From Patescibacteria group bacterium (GTDB lineage: Bacteria > Patescibacteriota > Minisyncoccia > Minisyncoccales > UBA10102): a DNA stretch of 64,000 bases. Both the position numbers and the translations under genes were made by a program. The notes below the pieces were generated by a model that saw only the letters and a list, made by a program, of their open reading frames with translations, was not told where the DNA came from and did not search any database. The DNA lies in assembly GCA_022563395.1 (NCBI GenBank), contig JADFNM010000001.1:334342-398341 (forward strand). The letters run 5' to 3'. Numbering within the stretch: position 1 is the first letter of the stretch; every line of letters begins with the position of its first letter. Positions 12,289 through 21,997 of this stretch are shown in pieces.

Positions 12289-15200
12289 GGTTCTCTTGGT
12301 TATTTCTTGCTTCTCTTTTTTGCTGGGTTTCCTTTAGCTCAATGTTTAGACCTAAAGATCTCAGCTCAGCGACCAACAAGCTAAAGGAAGCAGGGAGGTT
12401 TGGGGTCTGAATGGGACTTCCCCGCAAGATACTCTCATAGGTTGAAGCTCTTCCCGGCACATCGTCTGACTTGATGGTAAGCATTTCTTGCAAGGTGTGT
12501 GAGGCTCCATATCCTTCCAAGGCCCATACCTCCATTTCCCCGAACCGCTGCCCTCCAAATTGTGCCTTTCCTCCCAGGGGCTGCTGAGTAATCAAAGAAT
12601 AGGGACCAATGGAACGCATGTGAATCTTGTCTTCCACCATGTGAATTAACTTCATCATGTAAATGTACCCAACCGTAATCTTTTGGGGGAAGGACTCCCC
12701 GTCTCGCCCGTCAAACAAGGTCACCTTTCCATCTTCCGGGAGTCCTTGCGTCTTAAGCTCACTTTTAATGTCCTCTTCGGTGGCCCCTGCCAGCCCAGGA
12801 GTTATAGCATAGTATCCGCCTTCTTTTGCTGCCCAGCCAAGGTGGGTTTCCAGAATCTGGCCAATGTTCATTCGAGATGCCACGCCAAGAGGGTTTAAAA
12901 CAATATCCACGGGGGTTCCATCTTCCATGAATGGCATATCCTCTTCTGGCAACACAAAGGAAATAACTCCTTTGTTTCCGTGACGTCCTGCCAGTTTGTC
13001 TCCTGGCTGCACCTTTCTTAACTCCGCTACCTCAACATGGATACGCTTTATAATGCCGGGTTCCAGTTTGTGACCCTGGGCCCTTTCAAATATCTTTACA
13101 TTAACCACTTTTCCTCGTTTTCCATGCGGCATTAACAAAGAACTATCTTTCACGTCACGGGCCTTTTCCCCAAAGATGGCGCGCAACAATCGCTCTTCTG
13201 CGGTAAGGTCAGCTTCTCCCTTCGGAGAGATTTTCCCTACCAAAATGTCGTTGGGGCCTACTTCGGCTCCAATGCGAATCACTCCTTCCTCGTCCAAATC
13301 TTTGAGTTTCTCCTCTCCAACATTGGGAATGTCTGAAGTGATGACTTCGGGCCCCAGCTTGGTTTCCCTGATGTCAGCTACAAAATCCTCAATGTGAATT
13401 GAGGTGAACCGGTCGTCTCGTGCGAGCCGCTCTGAGATGATAATGGCATCCTCGTAGTTCCCTCCATGCCAAGAAATAAAGGCAACCAACAGGTTGGTTC
13501 CCAAGGCCAGACGCCCTTGGTCAATGGCGCCTCCGTCTGCAATAACCTGTCCCTTCTTTACTTTGTCTCCAATGTTTACAATAGGACGCTGATGAAAAGA
13601 GGTGTACTGGTTAGTCCTGACAAAATTCTTTAAGTTATGAGTTGTAACACGACCATTTTTTGGTTTTAAAGCTATGTGTTTTGCATCAACTTCAACGACC
13701 GTGCCATCCTCTTTTGCCATTATGGCAAGCCCTGAATCCTCTGCCACCTTTTCTTCAAGGCCGGTTCCCACCAAAGGGCTTTGAGGACGAAGCAGAGGAA
13801 CTGCCTGGCGTTGCATGTTGGAACCCATGAGGGCACGGTTTGCATCATCATTTCTCAAAAAAGGAATTAAGCCAGTTGCGATAGAAATGGACTGCTCTGC
13901 AGCAACATCAAAAAGGGTGACGGTATCTCTTGCGGCAATGCTGGGCTCCCCCTTTACCCTGGCCTCCACCTTACTTGGGATAATCTTACCATTTTTGTCC
14001 AAAGGAGTTCCCGCATGCGCTATAATCTCCTGCTCTTCTTCAAAAGCATTGAGGTATCTTACATCTTTTGTTACCCTTCCTTTCTCTACTAAAAAGTACG
14101 GGGTTTCCAAGAACCCATAGGAGTTGAGGCGAGCATAGCTTGCCAGATGCCCCACCAAACCAATGTTGGGACCTTCTGGAGTTTGAATGGGGCAAATTCT
14201 TCCATAGTGGGAGGGCTGTACATCTCTGACCTCAAATCCAGCCCTCTCTCTTGTTAATCCGCCAGGCCCGGTTGCTGACACCCTTCTCTTGTGTTCCAGC
14301 TCCGCCAAGGGATTTTCGTTGTCCATGAACTGGGTAATCTGAGAAGAAGTGAAAAACTCCTTGATTATAGCCATGACCGGCCTGGGGTTCACCAACTGGA
14401 CAGGGGTCAGCGTGGCAGAATCCAAGGTAGACATCCGGTCTTTTATAATTCGTTCCATTCTCATAAATCCAACCCGCAACCTATTCTGCAAAAACTCAGC
14501 AAAGGTCCTCACCCTTCTGTTCCCCAGGTGGTCAATCTGATCTGGCTGTACCCCTGGTGTATTATTGAGCCGGATGATTTCGCGGAGCACTTCTATCACA
14601 TCTTCTAACTTCAAAACGCGATCTTCAATGGTAATCTCCTCTCCTGAAACCTGGAGCTTGGAACGTGAAACACTTTTTGTGTTTTGGGTTTCATGTCTCA
14701 CGCTTTGTGTTTTATGCTTCAACGCTGGCAGACGCTGCAAAGTTTTCCATCTTCCAACCCGGGAAAGATCATATCTCTCAAAATTAAAGAACATATTCCA
14801 GATGAGCTCTTTTGCCGTGTCTGGAGTCACGTAGTCACCGGGGCGCAACCTTCGGTAGATTTCCACTAAGGCCTCGCCCTGTCCTTTGCTGGTATCTTTT
14901 TTCAGAGTTTCCGTAATGAAACTCACCTCTCCCGTGTCCACGTCTTGAAATGCACTCCGTATGGCCTCTTCGGTCTCCAAGCCAAATGCCTTCAAAAGCG
15001 TGGTAACAGGCGCCTTTCTCTTTCTATCAATGCGAACACCAATAAAGCCTGATTTTTCGGTCTCAAACTCCAACCAAGCACCACGATTGGGGATAATTTT
15101 TGCACCAAAGATTTTTCTTGTTGCAGTAACGTTCTGCCCGGTAAAGAAAGCTCCAGGGGAGCGGATGAGTTGCGAAATGGCAACCCGCTCCACGCCATTG

Positions 15201-15568
15201 ATAATGAACGTGCCGCGTTCTGTCATTAAAGGAAAGTCAGCTAAAAAAACCTCCTGCTCTTTTTGTTCTTTGGTTTTCAGATTCACCAGGCGAACCTTTA
15301 CTCGCAAGGAAGCCTCAAAGGAATCATCATTTTCTTTTGCATCTAGGTCTGAGGCGTAGTTTGGCTCTCCTATCTTGAAATCTAAAAACCATAGCTCAAA
15401 CTCTTTTTTCGTGTGGTCACGAATGGGAGAGATTTCTTGGAGCAGTGCTTTAAAATCTGCAGCCCAAAACTGGTTCCAGCTGTCGTGCTGTACCTGCAAA
15501 AGATAGGGCAGTGGGAGGTGAACGCCGGTCTTTGAGAAGTTTTTGAAAGAAGATTGCAGAGCGGGCAT
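12275..15568 (-). CDS. rpoB: DNA-directed RNA polymerase subunit beta
   Basis: '[10 protein letters not shown]', '[13 protein letters not shown]', '[13 protein letters not shown]', '[14 protein letters not shown]'. ATG at 15568; the track start at 15577 is TTG. Overlaps the rpoC start by 14 nt. Confidence 0.95.
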   Translation of the reverse strand: MPALQSSFKNFSKTGVHLPLPYLLQVQHDSWNQFWAADFKALLQEISPIRDHTKKEFELWFLDFKIGEPNYASDLDAKENDDSFEASLRVKVRLVNLKTKEQKEQEVFLADFPLMTERGTFIINGVERVAISQLIRSPGAFFTGQNVTATRKIFGAKIIPNRGAWLEFETEKSGFIGVRIDRKRKAPVTTLLKAFGLETEEAIRSAFQDVDTGEVSFITETLKKDTSKGQGEALVEIYRRLRPGDYVTPDTAKELIWNMFFNFERYDLSRVGRWKTLQRLPALKHKTQSVRHETQNTKSVSRSKLQVSGEEITIEDRVLKLEDVIEVLREIIRLNNTPGVQPDQIDHLGNRRVRTFAEFLQNRLRVGFMRMERIIKDRMSTLDSATLTPVQLVNPRPVMAIIKEFFTSSQITQFMDNENPLAELEHKRRVSATGPGGLTRERAGFEVRDVQPSHYGRICPIQTPEGPNIGLVGHLASYARLNSYGFLETPYFLVEKGRVTKDVRYLNAFEEEQEIIAHAGTPLDKNGKIIPSKVEARVKGEPSIAARDTVTLFDVAAEQSISIATGLIPFLRNDDANRALMGSNMQRQAVPLLRPQSPLVGTGLEEKVAEDSGLAIMAKEDGTVVEVDAKHIALKPKNGRVTTHNLKNFVRTNQYTSFHQRPIVNIGDKVKKGQVIADGGAIDQGRLALGTNLLVAFISWHGGNYEDAIIISERLARDDRFTSIHIEDFVADIRETKLGPEVITSDIPNVGEEKLKDLDEEGVIRIGAEVGPNDILVGKISPKGEADLTAEERLLRAIFGEKARDVKDSSLLMPHGKRGKVVNVKIFERAQGHKLEPGIIKRIHVEVAELRKVQPGDKLAGRHGNKGVISFVLPEEDMPFMEDGTPVDIVLNPLGVASRMNIGQILETHLGWAAKEGGYYAITPGLAGATEEDIKSELKTQGLPEDGKVTLFDGRDGESFPQKITVGYIYMMKLIHMVEDKIHMRSIGPYSLITQQPLGGKAQFGGQRFGEMEVWALEGYGASHTLQEMLTIKSDDVPGRASTYESILRGSPIQTPNLPASFSLLVAELRSLGLNIELKETQQKREARNNQENHEGN

Positions 15569-15680
15569 GAAAAACAAAGGTCCCTTTTCCCATGCAAAAA
15601 AGGGCCTTGCTATAGCTTACTGCTTATATAAAGAAAGGATTCAAGGTTGAGATATTTTTGAAAATATTTAACTAGAAAAT

Positions 15681-15709
15681 ATACTACAAGGTATTGCCAA
15701 AAATGTCAA
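15681..15709 (-). promoter_or_regulatory. Candidate sigma70-type promoter for rpoBC
   Basis: On the minus strand: TTGACA (plus 15704-15709), a 17-nt spacer, then TAGTAT (plus 15681-15686). Lies ~113 nt upstream of the rpoB ATG. Confidence 0.4.
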
Positions 15710-15777
15710 CCCTTCCTGTCAAGGGGGTCTTTTCCCCAGGTTTTCAACAGGGACTATTGCTCCCCTTCAGGGATTGT

Positions 15778-18102
15778 TTATTCTTGGATTTCAGGCGGGG
15801 TTTCTTGGATGGGGGGCTCTGAAACCTGAATGCCTTCAAGAGCCGGAAGCCCCTGCTCCAGGTTTGCCAAAATCTTCTTTATCTCCTCATTGCTCGGGTT
15901 CAATCTTTCCACCTCAGAAAACTCCAGCTTTGCTGCACCTTTATCCCCTTTTGCATCATGCACCAGTCCCAAAATGTATCGTGCGTTGGAGTAATCAGGA
16001 TTAATCACAATTGCTCGCTCCAGTTCAGATTGGGCTTTGTCCAATTCTTTGCGCTGCCAGTATAAGACTCCCAGCTGAAAGGCCAAACCAATGTCGTTGG
16101 GCGAGGCAATGAGTTTTGTTTCCTCCAGCTTTGCCACGGCTTCGTCCGACTTTCCCTGCTGGTCATACACTACGGCAGTCAAAAAGTGGGCAGGGGCATA
16201 GTCATTCTTTAACTCCAAGGCCTTTGTAAGATTCTCCAAGGCTTCCTCTAGTACTTTTGCTCTTGTCGCCTCAGCTTCTCCAAGAGCAAGGGTTTGGGCC
16301 TGTACAACCTTAGAACGCGCCAACTCAGTCCATGGGAAAGGAGAGGTTGGTTCCAGTTCTGCTGCTTTAAGATAGGATTCCTGTGCCAAGGCTTCTGCTC
16401 CCTGAATACCAATAAGGTTCCGGTACACAAATCCCTGTACGTTCCAGTTTGCAACGTTTGCTGGAGCTACCTTAGTCGCAGCCCGCGCAGCTGCTACCGC
16501 ATTGGATACTGCAACCTGCGTTTGTTGCTGGCGTTCTTCTTGCGTAAGCTCCTGATTGACTGCAATCTGGTTCACCCGTGTAAGGTAGAGCTGGGAAAGA
16601 TCTCGCCAGTACAAATCCACCGCAGGATTAAGGTTTGCTGCCGACAGAATCTTGCTAATGGCGCCGTCCAGGTCTCCTGTTACAGATGCTCTTGCACCCT
16701 TGAGGTACTGAGCTTCTGCCGCATACTTTTGTCCTCCGATAAACAAAAGCCCGAGACCAAAGATTAGAATAATCAAGAATACAAAAGAGGAGCCCAGGGC
16801 AAGGAATGGATAGGTGGTAACGCTAAAATGCAAAACTTTTCCCGCTCCCGTAAAGGCGAGGGCGCCAAGCAAGGTCCAGAATAGAAACCACAGCATAAAA
16901 GAAGAAGGATAGAAGAATGTAGAAACAATAAGGGCAACCAAAGAAGCAAAGGTTCCCAGACCCAGCATCCACACAAAGTTTTCTTTTTCAAAACGCACTA
17001 ATGCTTTTGCTCCCATAACTTTTATCGTTCCAAACAGCGCCAATAGTAAAAGTAAGCCAACGGCTCCCTTGGTTACCAGCCAGTTTTGAACCTCAGAGGC
17101 ACCCGAAGCAAATCGCGTTCCAAAGAACACGGTTTGGTTCAATTCTGCTGGCCGGTACTGAGTATACTGCAAGACAAAGGTTCCGGGTCCCCCACCAAAG
17201 AGCGCTCGCTGCTGCAGCGTGCTTTTTGCAACGTTCCAGGTTGCCCCCTGGTTTAGCGAAACCTCAAGCGGCAAGGTTCTTGGGGCTAGAGGAAGCGCCA
17301 CCTGAAATACCATAAAGAACACGGCCACAATAATTAAGGCCATGGGCAAGGAAACCCACCCAAACTCAGCTTTCTTTCGCATGTTCCACATGCCAAAGGC
17401 TAAAAGCACCAAGAGGCCGGCTGTCAGGACTACCCAGGCTGTCTGAAAGTTTAGCAACACAAGCGAGACAAACAGTACGACTGCCACTGCCCAAAGAATC
17501 CAGCGCAAGAGCATGTTTGAAGCAAAGGCCAGGACCAGGGCCAAAGGCAAGAGTACTGCTGAAAAAATCGCAACCCCATTCATACTCCCCAAGGTGTTAA
17601 AGGTTGCAATCTTTGCAAAGTCAAAGGGAAGAAGATACAGCTGGTAGGCCTGCAGCAAGGTATATAAGACTGCAATGCCAGAAGAAACCAGTAGAGTCAA
17701 CAGCAAACGAAAGAGATGCTTTGGATCTTCAACTACCTGAAAAACCAGAAAAGAGAACAAAGCAAAGACCGCAAAGGTCAAGAAGTTATCGCTTAAGTTC
17801 AAAGGCCAGCCCCAGAAAGAAGCTGCGACCCATCGGGACAGCAAAGTGGAAATGCCAATGCCGAGAAGCAACAGGGCAACGGGGATATACAGAAAGGATA
17901 CCCTCAGACGAATCTCTCCTTGGCTCACTACCTTAGCTAACCAGGCAACCAAACCAACAAATACCAGCATCACCAGCAAAGCCTGCTTTTGATACACAAG
18001 AACATTTTGAGTCAGGGGCAAAAACCACAAAGGCAGCAAGAACACCGTTGCATACAAACTTCCTTTTGCGACCTTATCTAATATTGAAATGGACTGCATC
18101 AT
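15778..18102 (-). CDS. Polytopic membrane protein, O-antigen-ligase-like, with C-terminal TPR repeats
   Basis: 774 aa. At least 12 hydrophobic segments over ~450 aa, then TPR-like repeats (e.g. 'DIGLAFQLGVLYWQRKELDKAQSELERAIVINPDYSNARYILGLVHDAKGDK'). The ligase assignment rests on architecture only. Confidence 0.5.
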   Translation of the reverse strand: MMQSISILDKVAKGSLYATVFLLPLWFLPLTQNVLVYQKQALLVMLVFVGLVAWLAKVVSQGEIRLRVSFLYIPVALLLLGIGISTLLSRWVAASFWGWPLNLSDNFLTFAVFALFSFLVFQVVEDPKHLFRLLLTLLVSSGIAVLYTLLQAYQLYLLPFDFAKIATFNTLGSMNGVAIFSAVLLPLALVLAFASNMLLRWILWAVAVVLFVSLVLLNFQTAWVVLTAGLLVLLAFGMWNMRKKAEFGWVSLPMALIIVAVFFMVFQVALPLAPRTLPLEVSLNQGATWNVAKSTLQQRALFGGGPGTFVLQYTQYRPAELNQTVFFGTRFASGASEVQNWLVTKGAVGLLLLLALFGTIKVMGAKALVRFEKENFVWMLGLGTFASLVALIVSTFFYPSSFMLWFLFWTLLGALAFTGAGKVLHFSVTTYPFLALGSSFVFLIILIFGLGLLFIGGQKYAAEAQYLKGARASVTGDLDGAISKILSAANLNPAVDLYWRDLSQLYLTRVNQIAVNQELTQEERQQQTQVAVSNAVAAARAATKVAPANVANWNVQGFVYRNLIGIQGAEALAQESYLKAAELEPTSPFPWTELARSKVVQAQTLALGEAEATRAKVLEEALENLTKALELKNDYAPAHFLTAVVYDQQGKSDEAVAKLEETKLIASPNDIGLAFQLGVLYWQRKELDKAQSELERAIVINPDYSNARYILGLVHDAKGDKGAAKLEFSEVERLNPSNEEIKKILANLEQGLPALEGIQVSEPPIQETPPEIQE

Positions 18103-18326
18103 AGATATGAAATAAAGAAACTAGTTAATTGTTATTTATACCTTGCTTTCCCAACCCTTGCAACTTTTGTAAAACTTGCCTGGCTGTCGGGGTTTAACTC
18201 AAAGACCCTTTCAAACTGCAAAATTGCCTCTTGCGCTTCAACTACATTATAACAACAGCCGTCCTAGTTGAAAAGAGCTCCCCACATGTACGGGATAATG
18301 AAGTCTAGTAACTCTCCCATAATTTC

Positions 18327-18713
18327 CTAGTCTTCAACAATATTCTCATAGTGGTCTATGCGCCGCAATCCTTCATTTTCATCTATCACTAAGCACATAG
18401 CATCTATACGATAAGGGCCGTTATGTTTTTTTCGATGAATGTATGCTGCCGCGTTTCGCTTTAATCTCATGCGTTTTTTATAATCAATAGTTTCTTCTGG
18501 GGTTCCATAATGCTCGCGGCGTTTGGTGCGTACTTCCACGAATACGAGGGTACTTTTGCTGCGTCCGCAAAGGCCCCGGCGAAGGTGGGCAATGATATCA
18601 ATTTCTGCCCTCTTTGTCCTGTAATTTTGTTCAATAATCTTATATCCCTTGTTCTCTAAATACTTTCTTGCAATCTCCTCCCCTTCCTTTCCTATAGTAT
18701 TGTGTTTTGCCAT
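18327..18713 (-). CDS. yraN: YraN-family (UPF0102) endonuclease-like protein
   Basis: 128 aa. 'GKEGEEIARKYLENKGYKIIEQNYRTKRAEIDIIA...LVFVEVRTKR' matches the YraN pattern. Confidence 0.7.
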   Translation of the reverse strand: MAKHNTIGKEGEEIARKYLENKGYKIIEQNYRTKRAEIDIIAHLRRGLCGRSKSTLVFVEVRTKRREHYGTPEETIDYKKRMRLKRNAAAYIHRKKHNGPYRIDAMCLVIDENEGLRRIDHYENIVED

Positions 18714-18721
18714 GAGTCTTT

Positions 18722-18765
18722 GTCTTAATCTCGTTTAGTTATCCACACCTAAACGAGATTTAAGC
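18722..18765. repeat. REP-like hairpin, 'TTATCCACAC'-loop variant
   Basis: 'cttaatctcgtttag' + 'ttatccacac' + 'ctaaacgagatttaagc'. Located between the yraN start and the comM stop. Confidence 0.8.
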
Positions 18766-18774
18766 AAACTCAAC

Positions 18775-20310
18775 TTAATAGATTTCGTAGGACTTGGGAC
18801 GGTACTGCAAAGCTTCTGCCATATGACCTTTCTCAATCTGTTCTGTTCCCGCCAGGTCTGCTATACTGCGAGCAATTTTTATCATTTTCATGTATGATCT
18901 GGCCGAAAGCTGATACTGAAGCGCTGCTCTTGCTAACACTTGTTCTGCTTCTTTTGTAAAGTTGGCATATTTTTTAATATGTGTATTTTTCATCTCGGCG
19001 TTGGCATAGATAGGTTCTTTAAAGAATCTCCTTTCTTGCAGTCTTCTTACCTTTGTGATGCGCTCACGAACACTCCCTGAATCCTCTGTAGTGCTTAAAG
19101 CTCGTTGATTATCACCAAACTCTTTCACATCAACCTCTGGCACCTCAACATGCAAATCAATGCGGTCCAAAAGAGGCCCGGAAACTCGTTTTCTATATTT
19201 CTTTACCTCTCTTGGAGTACACACACAGGGCTTTTGGGGATGGTTGAGGTATCCGCACGGGCAAGGATTGCAAGATGCCACCAACATAAAGCGGCAAGGG
19301 TAGGTTACCCGCTCACGAGATCGTGAAATCGTAAGCATGCCGTCTTCCACGGGCTGGCGAAGTCCTTCCAATACAGATCGGGGAAACTCGTTAAACTCGT
19401 CTAAGAATAAAACTCCTCGATGTGCCAAGCTTACCTCGCCTGGCTGGGGTTTTTGACCACCTCCAATTAAGCCAACTTGAGAAACGCTGTGATGAGGAGA
19501 ACGAAAAGGTCGTGTGGTAATAAGCGATCCTCGGGGAGGAATAGACCCCGCAATAGAATAGATTTTTGTGACCTCAAGAGACTCTTCTTCGTTCAATTTT
19601 GGCAGAATCCCTGGCAGGGCCCGTGCCAGCATGGTTTTCCCCGAACCAGGGCTTCCTATCATTAATATATTGTGGCCACCCGCTGCAGCTATCTCAATGG
19701 CGCGTTTTGCGGTTTCCTGCCCAAGAATTTCTGCCATGTCAAACTCAATATCTTCCTTAAAATTCTCTTCTTTCTCTTCATACGAAACCGGCTTTAAAAA
19801 AGATTTCCCTAAAAGAAGTGCAGCTATCTCGGTAAGACTTTCTATCCCGTATACGTTTACGCCTCGAATAATGGCGGCCTCGTTTGCAGATTCTGCTGGC
19901 ACAAAAACATTTTGGAGCCCGTGCTCTTTTGCAAAAAGTGCCATAAGTACAGCCCCTTTTGTATGGCGCAGTTTTCCATCTAAAGAAAGTTCTCCTAAAA
20001 ATAGACTATCCTTGGGAACCTCATACTGCAGAACTGAGGCCATAATACCCACAGCTATTGGCAGGTCATACAAAGAACCTTCTTTGGGAATGTCGGCTGG
20101 CGCCAAATTCACCGTAATCTTTCTTTGAGGAAACTCAATTCTTGAATTGCCAATGGCAGCCCTCACCCTTTCCTTGCTCTCTTGAACCGCCTTGTCTGGC
20201 AGCCCCACAATGTCAAAACCCGGCAATCCTCTGTTAGAAACACTCACCTCAATATCAACCCCGAGAGCCTCCAGACCAGAATTTGCCGCAGATTGTACTT
20301 TAAATAACAT
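18775..20310 (-). CDS. comM: ComM/YifB Mg-chelatase-like AAA+ protein
   Basis: 511 aa. N-terminal Lon-like domain ('ITVNLAPADIPKEGSLYDLPIAVGI'), Walker A 'GSPGSGKTMLA', 'GVLFLDEFNEF', and a C-terminal ChlI-type region. Confidence 0.9.
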   Translation of the reverse strand: MLFKVQSAANSGLEALGVDIEVSVSNRGLPGFDIVGLPDKAVQESKERVRAAIGNSRIEFPQRKITVNLAPADIPKEGSLYDLPIAVGIMASVLQYEVPKDSLFLGELSLDGKLRHTKGAVLMALFAKEHGLQNVFVPAESANEAAIIRGVNVYGIESLTEIAALLLGKSFLKPVSYEEKEENFKEDIEFDMAEILGQETAKRAIEIAAAGGHNILMIGSPGSGKTMLARALPGILPKLNEEESLEVTKIYSIAGSIPPRGSLITTRPFRSPHHSVSQVGLIGGGQKPQPGEVSLAHRGVLFLDEFNEFPRSVLEGLRQPVEDGMLTISRSRERVTYPCRFMLVASCNPCPCGYLNHPQKPCVCTPREVKKYRKRVSGPLLDRIDLHVEVPEVDVKEFGDNQRALSTTEDSGSVRERITKVRRLQERRFFKEPIYANAEMKNTHIKKYANFTKEAEQVLARAALQYQLSARSYMKMIKIARSIADLAGTEQIEKGHMAEALQYRPKSYEIY

Positions 20311-21178
20311 GAAACTTGCCCTGCTCTTTTGTAATATGTCCTTTTAGTTGCAGCATCGAAATTGCAGCCCCCAGCTGTGCAGCCGGTATCTCAAGCTTTC
20401 TGGTAAGTGTGTCAATCTCCATCGCCTCCTTTTTAAGTTGTTCAACAATCTTTTGTTCCAATTCTCCTTCTACTTCTTCTAAGCGAGGTTTGCCCAAACG
20501 AGATTTAGGAGCTCCTAAATCTCGTTTAGGCAAACCATAATACTGCAGAATATCTTGTGCACTACTCACCAAAGTTGCACCTTCTTTGAGAAGCTGCGTC
20601 ACTCCTTGAGAAACAGCACTCGTAAGTGGATTTGGCACGGCAAATACCTTTCTTCCATACTTTTTTGCAAGGTTTGCGGTAATTAAGGCACCGCTGTCCT
20701 CACCTGCCTCCACCACAAGCGTTGCTTTTGATAACCCGGCAACAATGCGGTTCCGTCTAGGAAACGTCCAAGAAATTGCAGGGTGAGTGTCTTCGTACTC
20801 TGAGATTATCAAACCTCCTGTATCTAGAATTTCTTGATATAAATCTGCCTGGTACTCCGGATATACCACATCAATACCGCAAGGCATCACGGCAATGGTT
20901 TTGCCTTCGGCCTTCACCGCTGCCTTGTGAGCCTCAGCATCAATGCCATACATAAACCCAGAAACAATGGTTACTCCTGCCGCCGCCACTTCTCCCACAA
21001 TCTGTTCTGTCATGTGCCTTCCGTAGCCTGTCATTCTGCGCGTCCCAACCACCGCTAAGCACCTGTCAAAAATCTCGGGGTCCCAGTTTCCCTTGTAATA
21101 CAGCTGCTTTGGCGCATCCCCAATACTTTTGAGTACCTTTGGATACTTGGAATTTCCCTTTTCAATTACACCTCCCAT
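20300..21178 (-). CDS. dprA: DNA-processing protein DprA
   Basis: 'LAVVGTRRMTGYG', 'TIVSGFMYGIDAEAHKAA', 'TIAVMPCGIDVVYP', and a C-terminal winged-helix-like tail. I place the start at the ATG at 21178. The longer track ORF would overlap comF and cross a REP hairpin. Confidence 0.85.
   Translation of the reverse strand: MGGVIEKGNSKYPKVLKSIGDAPKQLYYKGNWDPEIFDRCLAVVGTRRMTGYGRHMTEQIVGEVAAAGVTIVSGFMYGIDAEAHKAAVKAEGKTIAVMPCGIDVVYPEYQADLYQEILDTGGLIISEYEDTHPAISWTFPRRNRIVAGLSKATLVVEAGEDSGALITANLAKKYGRKVFAVPNPLTSAVSQGVTQLLKEGATLVSSAQDILQYYGLPKRDLGAPKSRLGKPRLEEVEGELEQKIVEQLKKEAMEIDTLTRKLEIPAAQLGAAISMLQLKGHITKEQGKFHVI
20492..20531. repeat. 40-bp REP-like palindrome embedded in-frame in dprA
   Basis: 'gcccaaacgagatttaggagctcctaaatctcgtttaggc'. 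Inverted 17-20-nt arms with 1 mismatch. Read in dprA as 'LPKRDLGAPKSRLGKP'. Confidence 0.85.
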
Positions 21179-21199
21179 GTTTTTAAAACTCGCATACCT

Positions 21200-21235
21200 C
21201 CTTAATGAAATTAAGGATTCCTTAATTTCATTAAG
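21200..21235. repeat. REP-like palindrome, 'AATGAAATT' subtype
   Basis: 'ccttaatgaaattaagg' + 'att' + 'ccttaatttcattaag'. Located between the comF stop and the dprA start. Confidence 0.75.
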
Positions 21236-21237
21236 TT

Positions 21238-21966
21238 TTATGGGGTGCGGGCTATAGTAAAGCCCCACACTTCTTTTACGCCTGCTTTTTTCAAAGCCCT
21301 GCAGCACTCTTTCATTGTGGCTCCCGTGGTCCACACGTCATCTATCAAAACCACCCTCTCAATCCCAGTTCCACTAGGACTGGCTATTAATTCAAACGTA
21401 CCCTTTACGCTATGGAGCCGCTCTTCTTTGGTAAGATCTACCTGGGGCTTTGTGTCTTGTATTTTTTCTAACGTCCCGCGCACCTCTTTTTGTGCCAACT
21501 TTGCAACCTCTCTTGCGAATACTGCTGCTTGATTAAATCCGCGCTTCCTCTCCTTTTTTCTGTACATGGGCACGTATGTTACAAAAACGTTTTCTGAGAA
21601 CAAAAATGAGAGAAATGCCCCAAATCGCTTCTCGTCTTTTATCATTGTTTCAAAGGCGTGCCTTGTAGTCTCCTCCACAGCATGGGTAACGCCAGCATAC
21701 TTCACATAATGCAGCAAACTTTTCATGAGCCCTTCGTATTCCCACACACTTGCCAATCCCTCCAACCCATACATGGCTCTGCAGGCATGATGCCGCTCTC
21801 CTCCAAAGCTTGACTGCTGGCACGCCGGGCAAATCAACGCAACCTCACCCACAAAACCCTCGCACCTGGCACACATATATTTCCCTTCCTTCCCGCAACC
21901 CATGCAGGTTGCGGGAAATAATGCATCCAGCATACCACTCTTCACTTTTTCTAGAATTGTCATCAT
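21238..21966 (-). CDS. comF: ComF-family protein (ComFC-type phosphoribosyltransferase-like)
   Basis: N-terminal Cys clusters 'CMGCG...CARC...CPAC' and the PRT-type motif 'RVVLIDDVWTTGATM'. Confidence 0.8.
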   Translation of the reverse strand: MMTILEKVKSGMLDALFPATCMGCGKEGKYMCARCEGFVGEVALICPACQQSSFGGERHHACRAMYGLEGLASVWEYEGLMKSLLHYVKYAGVTHAVEETTRHAFETMIKDEKRFGAFLSFLFSENVFVTYVPMYRKKERKRGFNQAAVFAREVAKLAQKEVRGTLEKIQDTKPQVDLTKEERLHSVKGTFELIASPSGTGIERVVLIDDVWTTGATMKECCRALKKAGVKEVWGFTIARTP

Positions 21967-21997
21967 ATTCCTTCCTTCGTATATCTCCTTAATGAAA

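Noticed and set aside
8665-15577. Many 60-180-aa antisense or off-frame ORFs inside rpoB and rpoC. Similar ORFs occur inside ftsK, ligA, comM and the giant genes.
   Set aside because: They are embedded in strongly supported long CDSs, have low-complexity or odd composition, and carry no recognisable motifs. I treat them as spurious.
15821-15860. The C-terminus of the 774-aa membrane protein ('LPALEGIQVSE') resembles the borders of the rpoB insert ('LPALKHKT...LQVSGE').
   Set aside because: Only short tetrapeptide-level matches are involved, the rpoC copy lacks 'LPAL', and the match is compatible with chance.
18132-18263. TPR-like peptide 'EAQEAILQFERVFELNPDSQASFTKVARVGKARYK*' in the 224-nt gap downstream of the O-antigen-ligase-like gene.
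   Set aside because: There is no start codon after the upstream in-frame TAG (18264-18266). It is probably a decayed fragment of a TPR gene, not a functional CDS.
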